DNA from: a bacterium
Lineage (GTDB): Bacteria; Bacillota_I; Bacilli_A; RF39; UBA660
DNA: 54,444 bases
Reading direction: 5' to 3'
NCBI GenBank assembly: GCA_030531425.1
Contig: JAUNNO010000002.1
Coordinates: forward strand, 1 to 54,444
In this document: positions 46,550 to 54,444 of the stretch, one piece after another
Layout of the letters: each line of letters starts with the position of its first letter
Position numbering within the stretch: position 1 is the stretch's first letter
Notes under the pieces: model-generated
What the model saw: only the letters and a program-made list of their open reading frames with translations
Database searches by the model: none
Told to the model about the DNA's origin: nothing
Made by a program: the position numbers and the translations under genes

Positions 46550-46564
46550 GTAGACGTTTTTCAA
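46550..46564 (+). repeat. 15-bp direct repeat, copy 2 (GTAGACGTTTTTCAA)
   Basis: Exact match to 45995-46009. Lies 11 nt upstream of the -35 of the T7SS promoter. Confidence 0.9.
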
Positions 46565-46575
46565 AGTTAAATTGC

Positions 46576-46604
46576 TTGACAATTATTAAAAAATATGTTA
46601 ATCT
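46576..46604 (+). promoter_or_regulatory. sigma-A promoter (extended -10) of the T7SS operon
   Basis: TTGACA (46576-46581), 17-nt spacer ending TGt, TAATCT (46599-46604). Confidence 0.65.
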
Positions 46605-46627
46605 GTAAATGATAAGGAGGATGATAA

Positions 46628-46966
46628 ATGATGAACCAGAAAATTTTAAGTACACAGGAATTATATGATATGAAGTGCCATATAGCTGCTTTTTATGAGA
46701 ATATTAGTGCATTTTATAGCGCATTTGATAAAGTGTTAAGATGCTTTGAAAATCAGGAAGTAGTTCAAAGCTTTTATGAATCTGGAATTTTAGGTAGTGA
46801 ACAAAGGGAAAGATTAATTCTTCTAAGAAAAAGTGTAGGAAAATATATTCAAGAATTAGGGAATGGATCTAATAGTTTAGTAAATACTATGAAACACTTT
46901 ATAGATGAACAAACTGGTTATTTAGAAAGAACATCTCATGTGAGAAAGGCAGGGGTTCAAGAATGA
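46628..46966 (+). CDS. ESAT-6/WXG100-like small helical protein lacking the WXG motif (candidate T7SS substrate), copy 1
   Basis: 112 aa behind AAGGAGG. Helix-turn-helix size class. FENQEVVQSFYESG sits where WxGxxxxxF sits in EsxA-type proteins. The stop overlaps the partner start (ATGA). Confidence 0.6.
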   Translation: MMNQKILSTQELYDMKCHIAAFYENISAFYSAFDKVLRCFENQEVVQSFYESGILGSEQRERLILLRKSVGKYIQELGNGSNSLVNTMKHFIDEQTGYLERTSHVRKAGVQE

Positions 46967-47292
46967 ATACATCAGCAAATACTTTGTTAGAAGCTTGTGA
47001 ACATTTTAGTTACGGTGAATCGGGTACTGATTTAAAATCTGCTTCAGTTTTTTTGGAAAAACTAGAGGAATCATTCAAAGGAGTAAACGATAATTTAAGC
47101 CAAGCTTGTGCGAATTCTAAAAGTTTTTTATATCAAATAGAAACTGAATTGGAAAAAATAATTCAGGACATAAAAAATAATATTAAGGCGTTTGCTGAAT
47201 CTTCAAAGAGTAATGAAGATCAAACATTAAATGTATTAAATAATGTGAATGAACAAATAGAGGCAATAAGTGCTGAATTAGGTTATAAGTAA
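46963..47292 (+). CDS. small helical partner protein (candidate T7SS substrate/chaperone), copy 1
   Basis: 109 aa, translationally coupled. Predicted to be all-helical. Confidence 0.55.
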   Translation: MNTSANTLLEACEHFSYGESGTDLKSASVFLEKLEESFKGVNDNLSQACANSKSFLYQIETELEKIIQDIKNNIKAFAESSKSNEDQTLNVLNNVNEQIEAISAELGYK

Positions 47293-47324
47293 TTATTATA
47301 ACTAAATAGTAGAGAGGATGATAA

Positions 47325-47669
47325 ATGATGAACCAGAAAATTTTAAGTACAAGTGATTTAGATAGTATGGAATGGAAGATATCTTACATTGATGCTCTTA
47401 TATCTGGCTTTTTTACTGATTTAAATGGGGTTTTGAAATTTTTTGAAAATCAGGAAGTAGTTCAAAGTTTTTATAAATCTGGCATTTTAGGTGTTGAAGA
47501 AGCGGATAATTTGAGAACTTTAACAAATGCTATAGAAAGATACGTTAAAACATTGACAGATGGTCCAAACAGTTTAATAAATACTATAAAACGCTTTATA
47601 GCTGAACAAAGGGATTATGTCAATAGAGAAAGAACGTCTCATGTAAGAAAGGCAGGGATTCAAGAATGA
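47325..47669 (+). CDS. ESAT-6/WXG100-like small helical protein lacking WXG, copy 2
   Basis: 114 aa. The SD and first 9 codons are identical to copy 1, and it shares the FENQEVVQSFY.SGILG and TSHVRKAG.QE blocks. Confidence 0.6.
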   Translation: MMNQKILSTSDLDSMEWKISYIDALISGFFTDLNGVLKFFENQEVVQSFYKSGILGVEEADNLRTLTNAIERYVKTLTDGPNSLINTIKRFIAEQRDYVNRERTSHVRKAGIQE

Positions 47670-47989
47670 ATACATCAGCAGATGCTTTGCTAGAAGCTTG
47701 TAGAAAACTTAGCTATGAAGGTACTGCTTTAGAACAAGCTTCATATGTTTTGGAAGAAGTAGGTGAATCGTTCAAAGGAACAAATGGTAATTTATGCGAA
47801 GCTTGCGTGAATGCCAAAAATTTTATGCTTCGAATGAATAAAGATTTAGAAAAAATAATTTGGGGCATAGAAAATAATATTGAGGCGTTTGCTGAATCTT
47901 CAAAGAGTAATGAGAGTCAAACATTAAATGTATTAAATAATGTGAATGAACAAATAGAGGCAATAAGTGCTGAATTAGGTTATAAATAA
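47666..47989 (+). CDS. small helical partner protein, copy 2
   Basis: 107 aa. The last 34 aa are nearly identical to copy 1 (AFAESSKSNE.QTLNVLNNVNEQIEAISAELGYK). Confidence 0.55.
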   Translation: MNTSADALLEACRKLSYEGTALEQASYVLEEVGESFKGTNGNLCEACVNAKNFMLRMNKDLEKIIWGIENNIEAFAESSKSNESQTLNVLNNVNEQIEAISAELGYK

Positions 47990-48041
47990 TTATAACTTAA
48001 TTTTTAATTAAAATGTTAACCAATTGAACTATTAAAATATG

Positions 48042-48064
48042 AGGGCTTATTTTAGCCTTTTTTA
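48042..48064 (+). terminator. weak terminator/attenuator between the substrate genes and essC
   Basis: AGGGCU-UAUUUU-AGCCUU hairpin followed by a T-run. Confidence 0.5.
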
Positions 48065-48256
48065 TAATGTATTAAAATAAACTCATATTTTTTTATTAAC
48101 ATAATTTTAGCTTTTAAGTGCTTAAAATTATAATAATATGTTTACTTAATTTAATTTGATTTAAATATTTTTATAATTATATATAGATTTTATATATTAA
48201 ATATGTTATTATATATGTATAAAATAATATAGATAATAGGATTGCTGAGGGTAAGT

Positions 48257-51200
48257 ATGAAAATAGTTTTATTTTTATTGGATAAAGTAGTTTATTATAA
48301 ACTTCCTTCTATTGTATCAGGAAGTTATTCTTTTGATCCATATGGTGATGAAGAAAAACTAATAAATATAGATTCTATAAATGGTAATTGGATACTTCAT
48401 TCAACTGCTTTTTGCAGTATAATTGAAAATCAAAAAGTAGTTGAAGAATCTATACTTATGCCTAATAATTTTTATGTTCTTTATAAGGACAAGAAAACAT
48501 ATTTGCTTTTTGTAAATAATTTAGAAATACCTAATATACTAAAATTTTCATATAATGAAAAAATAAATTTAATTATAGGAAAAGATGATAATTGTAATAT
48601 AAAATATGACTGTGAATATTTAAAAGATAGTGTAGTAAAAATTAGCGTAAAAAATAATCAATTGTTACTTCAAAAGAATGATGATCAAATTATTTATATA
48701 AATAATTTGGCTTTAAAAAATAATTTTTATAATATTAATTTTGGCGATGAAATAAGAATTTTTGGACTAAATTTAAAAATATTAAAAGAATTAGTTTTGA
48801 TTGAAAAAATAAATGATTTAATTATAAAACCAAATGAAAATTTTAAAGTTTTTATTTATAATGATAATAATAAATTAAAGGATATTGAAATAAAAGATGT
48901 TGATTTATATCAAAAAGAAGATTATTTTTATAAATCTCCTAGATTTAAAAGAGATATAAAAACTAAAGAAATAAAATTAACACCTCCACCAAATGTAAGT
49001 GAGAATGAAGAATTGCCTTTAATTTTGGTGGTGGGTCCAATGTTAACTATGGGAATTACTTCGGGTGTGACGGTTCTTAATACAATTATTAGAATAGATT
49101 CTGGGGAAACTAATCTTCAAAAATCATGGCCTTCTATTGTTATATCAGTAGTGATGGTTATTTCTACTGTTATGTGGCCTTTGATTACACAAATTTATAA
49201 TAAAAAATTAAAAAGTAGAAAAAGAAAAAAAGCAATAAATAAATATACAGAATATTTAAATCAAAAAAAAGTTGAACTTGATTCAGAAAAGAATTTTCAA
49301 AAAGCTATTTTAATGGAAAATTTATTAACTATTAATGAGTGTATAAATTTTATTTACCATAGGAATATTTTGTTTTGGGATAAAAGAGTTGATCAAAGCG
49401 ATTTTTTGAATTTTAGAATAGGATTTGGAAATGAAAAGTTAGATGTTTTAATTGATTATTCTGAAGAAGATTTTTCGCTTGAAAATAGTGAAATTAAAGA
49501 AAAAGCAGATTCTTTAAAAAAAGAATATGAGTATATAGAAAATGTTCCAATTGGTTATTCTTTTTTTGATAATCATATTACAGCAATAATGGGAAATGAT
49601 AAAATTTATGATTTTACAAATAATATTTTAATTCAATTGTTTGCATATTATAGCTATGATGATGTAAAACTTGTTGTATTTACAAATGAAGAAAATTCTA
49701 TAAATTGGGATTATATAAAATATACAAACTATAATTTTAATAATATGAAGAATTTTAGATTTTTTGCTTCAAATCCAAAATCAATTAAAAGAGTTAGTGA
49801 ATATTTAGAATTCGAATTAAAAACTAGAATTTCACAAATGGAAGAAAAAAAATCGACAATTAAAAAGCCTTATTATGTAATTTTTGTTGATGATTATGCT
49901 AGCGTTAAAGATACTGAATTTATGAGTACTCTTGTTGAGATGGATGAGAATATAGGTTTTAGTTTAATAATATTAGAAAAGAAAATTAATAGTTTACCTA
50001 GTAAATGTAATAATTTTATTATGTTGGATGAAGCTGTATCTGGGGTTTTAAAACATTCATATGAAAATCAAGAATATTTTAAATTTAAAGATGAAATTGT
50101 TTATGGAATTGATATGAATTCAATTGCAAAAATAATATCGAATATTCCAATTGAATTTGAAGATAATGAAAGTATGGAATTACCTGAAATGTATACTTTT
50201 CTTGAAATGCAACAAGTCGGTAAAGTTGAACAATTAAATATATTAAATCGCTGGAATACTAATGATTCGATTTCTTCATTAAAAACTGAGGTTGGCATAG
50301 ATGAACGTGGTAATATAATATTTTTAGACCTTCATGAGAAAAGTCATGGGCCACATGGACTTATTGCTGGTACAACGGGAAGTGGAAAATCAGAATTTAT
50401 AATTACATATATATTGTCAATGTGTATAAATTATAGCCCTGATGATATATCTTTCATTCTTATAGATTATAAAGGTGGAGGACTTGCTGGAGCTTTTGAA
50501 AATAAGATTAATAATATTGTCTTACCACATCTTGCAGGTACAATAACGAATCTTGATAAGTCAGAGATGGATAGAACTTTAATTAGTATTAATAGTGAGT
50601 TAAAAAGAAGACAAGAAATATTTAATGATGCAAGAAATAAACTTAGAGAAAGCACTATAGATATTTATAAATATCAAAGTTTTTATAAAGAAGGAAAATT
50701 ATCAGAACCAGTTCCACATTTATTTATAATATGTGATGAATTTGCTGAATTAAAAAGTCAACAACCAGATTTTATGGACAGTTTAATAAGTGCAGCACGT
50801 ATTGGGCGTTCACTTGGAGTTCATCTTATATTAGCAACACAGAAACCAAGTGGGGTCGTAAATGATCAAATATGGTCTAATACAAAATTTAGAATATGTT
50901 TGAAGGTCCAAAGCGAAGCCGATAGTAAAGAAGTACTTAAAAGAACAGACGCAGCTTTTTTAAGACAAAGTGGTAGATTTTATTTACAAGTGGGAGAAGA
51001 TGAAATTTTTGTACTTGGACAATCTGGATGGTGTGGAGCTAAATATTATCCTTCAGATAAAGTTTTAAAACAAATAGATAAAAACATAAATATAATTGAT
51101 GAAAGTTGTACTTTCCTTAAAACTATACAATCAGATTCAAATGAGAAAAAGATAGCCCATAGTGATCAGATAACTTCAATATTAAATGAAATAATAAAAA

Positions 51201-52804
51201 TTGCAAATATTGAGAATAAATCCGCAAGAAAACTATGGTTAGATAATATACCATCTATAATATTGGTAGATGATATAGAAAAAAAATATAATTTTAATAA
51301 ATCGGAATATGGCGTATCAATTGTTATTGGTGAATATGATGCACCAGAAATGCAAAAACAGGATGTTCTTCTATTTGATTATTTGAAAAATGGGAATACT
51401 ATTATATATGGTAGTGATATTATAGAAAGAGAAATGCTTATTAATGAAATTATATATGCATCATCAAAAAATTATACTAGTGAAAATATTAATTTTTATA
51501 TAGTTGATTATGGTTCGCAAACAATGGGAAAATATTCCAAACTTCCACAAATGGGGGGAATTGTATTTCCAGATGATTCTGAAAAGTATAAAAAACTTTT
51601 TAAATATTTAGGTGATGAATTTCAAAGAAGAAAGAAATTGTTAATTGAAAGCGGTGGAGATTATTTAAATTATTTAAAACAGGGAGGTCAAAATCTTCCG
51701 ATAATTGCCGTTATACTTAATAACTATTCTTCAATATTAGAAAGTAATAACAATTTATATGATGAATTACCTAAGTTATTGCGTGACTCTGAAAGATATG
51801 GAATAGTGTTTATATTATCTACAAATTCGTCAAATGGGATTCCAACAAAAATTACTCAAAATTTTCAAAATATTTATGTTTTAAGATTAAAGGATTCTAA
51901 TGAGATGGATTTTATTTTTAATAAACATTTAAAAAAAGTTCCAAAAGAAATTATGGGAAGAGGATTTTTTAACAATGGAGAAATACTCGAATTTCAGGTA
52001 GCATCCATTTGCGATGAAAATACTTATAGTAATTTTATTAATAGTTTTATTGATGAACAAGAAAGAATTAATAGAACTCGTGCTAATCCAATACCGCAAT
52101 TACCAGAACATGTTTCTTATGACTGTATAAAACAGTTTATTAATACATTAGAAAATGTCCCAATTGGTATAGACAATTATGAACTTAGTTTATGCACTTT
52201 TAATTTTAAATCAAGTGTAGGAAATGTTATAACATCAAGTAAATTATTAAATACTAAAAATTTTGTTTTAAGTCTAATTTCTGTATTAAGAACAATATCT
52301 AATAATTTTTTATTGATTTTTGATTCAAAAAAAGAATTGGGATTATCTCAAAATAATAATTATATTACTGAAGATATAGAAAACAAATTTATACAATTAA
52401 CTGATTATATTGAAAAATGTATTAAAAATAATTCTAATATAGAAGGTACAATACTTATTTATGGATTTAGTAATGTTGTTTCATTAATATATAATAAGAA
52501 ATTACTAGAAGATTTGTTTAATTTGATAAAAAAATATGAGAAAATTAATGTAATCATTGTAGATGAAGCTTCTAAAATAAAAGATTTTTCTTACGAGTTT
52601 TGGTTTAAAAATTTATTTAGTTTTGATAATTGCATTTGGGTAGGAAAAGGCTTAGGAGATCAGTCATTATTGCGTTTATCAAATTATTCAAAAGAAATAT
52701 CATTGAATTATAATAATGATATGGGATTTTATATATCGGATGGTGAGTGCACTCTTATAAAATTACTTGATTTTATTTCAAAAGATGATAATCAATTAAA
52801 ATAG
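48257..52804 (+). CDS. essC: type VII secretion ATPase EssC (FtsK/SpoIIIE family)
   Basis: N-terminal FHA-like region, two TM helices (LILVVGPMLTMGITSG.., WPSIVISVVMVISTVMWPL), Walker A GTTGSGKSE (from 50369), Walker B LFIICDEFAEL, and ILATQKPSGVV. Start ATG 48257 behind TGAGGG. Confidence 0.85.
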   Translation: MKIVLFLLDKVVYYKLPSIVSGSYSFDPYGDEEKLINIDSINGNWILHSTAFCSIIENQKVVEESILMPNNFYVLYKDKKTYLLFVNNLEIPNILKFSYNEKINLIIGKDDNCNIKYDCEYLKDSVVKISVKNNQLLLQKNDDQIIYINNLALKNNFYNINFGDEIRIFGLNLKILKELVLIEKINDLIIKPNENFKVFIYNDNNKLKDIEIKDVDLYQKEDYFYKSPRFKRDIKTKEIKLTPPPNVSENEELPLILVVGPMLTMGITSGVTVLNTIIRIDSGETNLQKSWPSIVISVVMVISTVMWPLITQIYNKKLKSRKRKKAINKYTEYLNQKKVELDSEKNFQKAILMENLLTINECINFIYHRNILFWDKRVDQSDFLNFRIGFGNEKLDVLIDYSEEDFSLENSEIKEKADSLKKEYEYIENVPIGYSFFDNHITAIMGNDKIYDFTNNILIQLFAYYSYDDVKLVVFTNEENSINWDYIKYTNYNFNNMKNFRFFASNPKSIKRVSEYLEFELKTRISQMEEKKSTIKKPYYVIFVDDYASVKDTEFMSTLVEMDENIGFSLIILEKKINSLPSKCNNFIMLDEAVSGVLKHSYENQEYFKFKDEIVYGIDMNSIAKIISNIPIEFEDNESMELPEMYTFLEMQQVGKVEQLNILNRWNTNDSISSLKTEVGIDERGNIIFLDLHEKSHGPHGLIAGTTGSGKSEFIITYILSMCINYSPDDISFILIDYKGGGLAGAFENKINNIVLPHLAGTITNLDKSEMDRTLISINSELKRRQEIFNDARNKLRESTIDIYKYQSFYKEGKLSEPVPHLFIICDEFAELKSQQPDFMDSLISAARIGRSLGVHLILATQKPSGVVNDQIWSNTKFRICLKVQSEADSKEVLKRTDAAFLRQSGRFYLQVGEDEIFVLGQSGWCGAKYYPSDKVLKQIDKNINIIDESCTFLKTIQSDSNEKKIAHSDQITSILNEIIKIANIENKSARKLWLDNIPSIILVDDIEKKYNFNKSEYGVSIVIGEYDAPEMQKQDVLLFDYLKNGNTIIYGSDIIEREMLINEIIYASSKNYTSENINFYIVDYGSQTMGKYSKLPQMGGIVFPDDSEKYKKLFKYLGDEFQRRKKLLIESGGDYLNYLKQGGQNLPIIAVILNNYSSILESNNNLYDELPKLLRDSERYGIVFILSTNSSNGIPTKITQNFQNIYVLRLKDSNEMDFIFNKHLKKVPKEIMGRGFFNNGEILEFQVASICDENTYSNFINSFIDEQERINRTRANPIPQLPEHVSYDCIKQFINTLENVPIGIDNYELSLCTFNFKSSVGNVITSSKLLNTKNFVLSLISVLRTISNNFLLIFDSKKELGLSQNNNYITEDIENKFIQLTDYIEKCIKNNSNIEGTILIYGFSNVVSLIYNKKLLEDLFNLIKKYEKINVIIVDEASKIKDFSYEFWFKNLFSFDNCIWVGKGLGDQSLLRLSNYSKEISLNYNNDMGFYISDGECTLIKLLDFISKDDNQLK

Positions 52805-52819
52805 GAAGTTGGTAGAGAA

Positions 52820-53080
52820 ATGAAAAATAAAGTTTTGATTTCCTTGGAAATGCCTGAAATTGATGTAAAGTTTGATATGTTTATTCCAGTTAATGAAGTT
52901 GTTTGGAAAATAAAAGAATTGATTTTAAAAGGTATTTCTGATGTATTGAATTTTGAACTTGATTTGAATGATGAATTCATACTCATCAATAAAAAAAATT
53001 CGACAATATATTCTAATAATGATATTATAATTAATACTGATATTAGAAATTATACTGAGTTAATTTTAATTTCTAATTAA
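52820..53080 (+). CDS. esaB: YukD/EsaB-like ubiquitin-fold T7SS protein
   Basis: 86 aa, 15 nt after essC. Size, position and a beta-grasp-like alternating pattern (ISLEMPEIDVKFDMFIP..ELILIS). Confidence 0.55.
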   Translation: MKNKVLISLEMPEIDVKFDMFIPVNEVVWKIKELILKGISDVLNFELDLNDEFILINKKNSTIYSNNDIIINTDIRNYTELILISN

Positions 53081-53232
53081 AAAAGAAAAATTTGAGAATT
53101 AGCAGAATAATTACAGTTATTTATGTATAATAAATATATATACAAGAAAACTCTATAGAAGGTGTTCTTTGGAGTGTAAGGGTGTATATACAATAAACTG
53201 GCTAGGTTAAGTGTAAATTGGATGTAATTAAT

Positions 53233-53263
53233 AAAAAAGGTATTTAAAAAATACTTTTTTTTT
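53233..53263. terminator. intrinsic terminator closing the T7SS operon (bidirectional shape)
   Basis: A-run, GGUAUUU-AAA-AAAUACU hairpin, then T9. Confidence 0.7.
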
Positions 53264-53294
53264 GTTATAATTATATATGATAGAGTGTGATATT

Positions 53295-53630
53295 ATGAGA
53301 AATAATAAGGGACAAGCATTAGTAGAATTTATAATAGTTTTACCACTTTTATTATTAATTATTATGTCTATAATAGATTTTGGTAATATTATTACTAAAA
53401 AATATTCTCTTCAAAATGAATTAGATGTAATATCTGATATGTATTTGGATCATAAAGATGTAGCGGGTTATGTTAGATCTGAAAATATTGATATTTCTAT
53501 AACAAAAGAAGATGATATTACAACTATTAAGTTAGATAAAAACATATCTATAATATCTCCTATACTAAATATAGTATTTGGTAAGAATTATTTGATAGAA
53601 GTAGAAAAGAGTATTTATGTTTCGGAATAA
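53295..53630 (+). CDS. TadE-like pseudopilin (Flp/Tad pilus)
   Basis: MRNNKG|QALVEFIIVLPLLLLII matches the TadE/TadF G/XXXXEF processing motif plus a hydrophobic helix. Confidence 0.6.
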   Translation: MRNNKGQALVEFIIVLPLLLLIIMSIIDFGNIITKKYSLQNELDVISDMYLDHKDVAGYVRSENIDISITKEDDITTIKLDKNISIISPILNIVFGKNYLIEVEKSIYVSE

Positions 53631-53988
53631 TAAAGGTCAAGTACTAGTTATATTTATAATAGTTTTACCAATAATTATATTACTTATGTCATATATATAT
53701 GATGTTGGAATGATTAGTATAGATAAAAAAAGTCTAGATAGTACTGTTAAGGATGCAACTATCTATTATTTAAATAATATAGATGATCCTGATGTGTTAA
53801 AGAATACTGAAAAATTAATTAACAAAAATATATCTGATGGAATGATAGATATAAAAAAATTTGATAAATATATAAGTATAACTGTAGAAAAAGAGTACAA
53901 AAGTTTGTTCTTTAAAATTATTAATAATAAATACAAAGTAACTTATAAAGGTATAAAAGAAAATAAAAAGATTATAAAGGGTGATTAG
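53617..53988 (+). CDS. TadE/TadG-like pseudopilin, Glu5 replaced
   Basis: MFRNNKG|QVLVIFIIVLPIIILL has the same architecture, but the EF position reads IF. Confidence 0.5.
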   Translation: MFRNNKGQVLVIFIIVLPIIILLMSYIYDVGMISIDKKSLDSTVKDATIYYLNNIDDPDVLKNTEKLINKNISDGMIDIKKFDKYISITVEKEYKSLFFKIINNKYKVTYKGIKENKKIIKGD

Positions 53989-53989
53989 T

Positions 53990-54444
53990 ATGTCATTGAA
54001 TAAAGCAAAAGTGTTTACAGTAACATCAGTAAAAGGTGGCGTAGGAAAAACTACTACTGTACTTAATTTAGCTGGAATATATTCTAACATGGGCAAAAAT
54101 GTTTTGATACTTGATTTGGATTTATATTCTAGTGATATAGCTTCTATGCTAAATATAAATTATAAAAATGATTTATATAATTTATTTGAAGATTTAAACA
54201 ATAATAGTTTTGATTCTATAGATGATTATATTACAAGTTATAATGAAAATATTAAAGTATTGTCTGGATTAAAAGATCCTAGGCTTTCTAGAAAAATAAA
54301 CAGTAAAGTACTAGATTTAGTTCTTTATAAATCAAGTATGAAATATGACGTTATATTAATAGATACTAATCATATCTTAAGCGATATCAATCTTTTCGCA
54401 CTTGATTATAGTGATTTTATTTTGTATGTAATTAATAATGATTC
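53990..54444 (+). CDS. ParA/MinD-family ATPase, CpaE/TadZ-like (3' end outside the window)
   Basis: ATG 53990 with frame open to the window end. Deviant Walker A VTSVKGGVGKTTTVLNLA. Not in the ORF track because no stop is reached. Confidence 0.7.
   Translation, partial: MSLNKAKVFTVTSVKGGVGKTTTVLNLAGIYSNMGKNVLILDLDLYSSDIASMLNINYKNDLYNLFEDLNNNSFDSIDDYITSYNENIKVLSGLKDPRLSRKINSKVLDLVLYKSSMKYDVILIDTNHILSDINLFALDYSDFILYVINND

Noticed and set aside
46446-46655. 69-aa minus-strand ORF
   Set aside because: It overlaps the T7SS promoter, SD and start codon. It has no SD, and its hydrophobic, I/L/F-rich composition is typical of random AT-rich ORFs.
53081-53232. Possible small RNA or Flp pilin gene between esaB and the terminator
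   Set aside because: There is a TATAAT at 53126 but no credible -35 or proper TGn spacing. The only ORF is a 13-codon TTG peptide with no Flp motif. The simplest reading is the 3' UTR of the T7SS operon.
53815-54096. 93-aa minus-strand ORF
   Set aside because: It lies antisense to the TadE-like and CpaE-like genes and has no SD.

Overview
This is a very AT-rich (roughly 25% GC) stretch of chromosome that uses the standard genetic code. It comes from a spore-forming low-GC Firmicute (Clostridia/Erysipelotrichia-like), judged from yqfC-yqfD, YjcZ-type peptides and the ireB-ruvX-DUF1292-mltG block. No similarity search was possible, so every product call rests on motifs read by eye from the ORF track and the DNA.

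Bases 1-46000 are mostly housekeeping genes:
- recX (disrupted), a prsA-like gene, tatD, a nifS-like gene, folD, tmcAL, yceD-rpmF
- a Tyr T-box followed by HAD-deoC-tyrS
- a xer recombinase, tdk, yqfCD, cysS, truB
- an Asn T-box followed by two tRNA-Asn genes and gatCAB-asnS
- obg, rimM-trmD, ireB-ruvX-mltG
- an Asp T-box followed by an archaeal-type aspS

Bases 46000-54444 are accessory:
- a compact type VII secretion (T7SSb-like) locus with two paralogous pairs of about 110-aa helical proteins, a 1515-aa EssC and a YukD/EsaB-like protein
- directly after it, the start of a Tad/Flp-type pilus operon (two TadE-like genes and a CpaE/TadZ-like ATPase cut by the window end)

The observations most worth following up:
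1. The Asn T-box is wired directly to its own tRNA genes.
2. Both tRNA-Asn copies have G1-C72.
3. The Tyr and Asp T-boxes share an expression platform in which the terminator is a downward extension of the antiterminator.
4. The T7SS locus is stripped down, its substrate pairs lack WXG and are mosaic, and EssC has a single P-loop.
5. A 6S-like structured RNA sits ahead of a DEDDh exonuclease gene.
6. One pilin gene has a GC-rich tail with foreign codon usage and a T13 tract next to its promoter.
7. An ORF behind a consensus promoter carries perfect 96-bp in-frame repeats.
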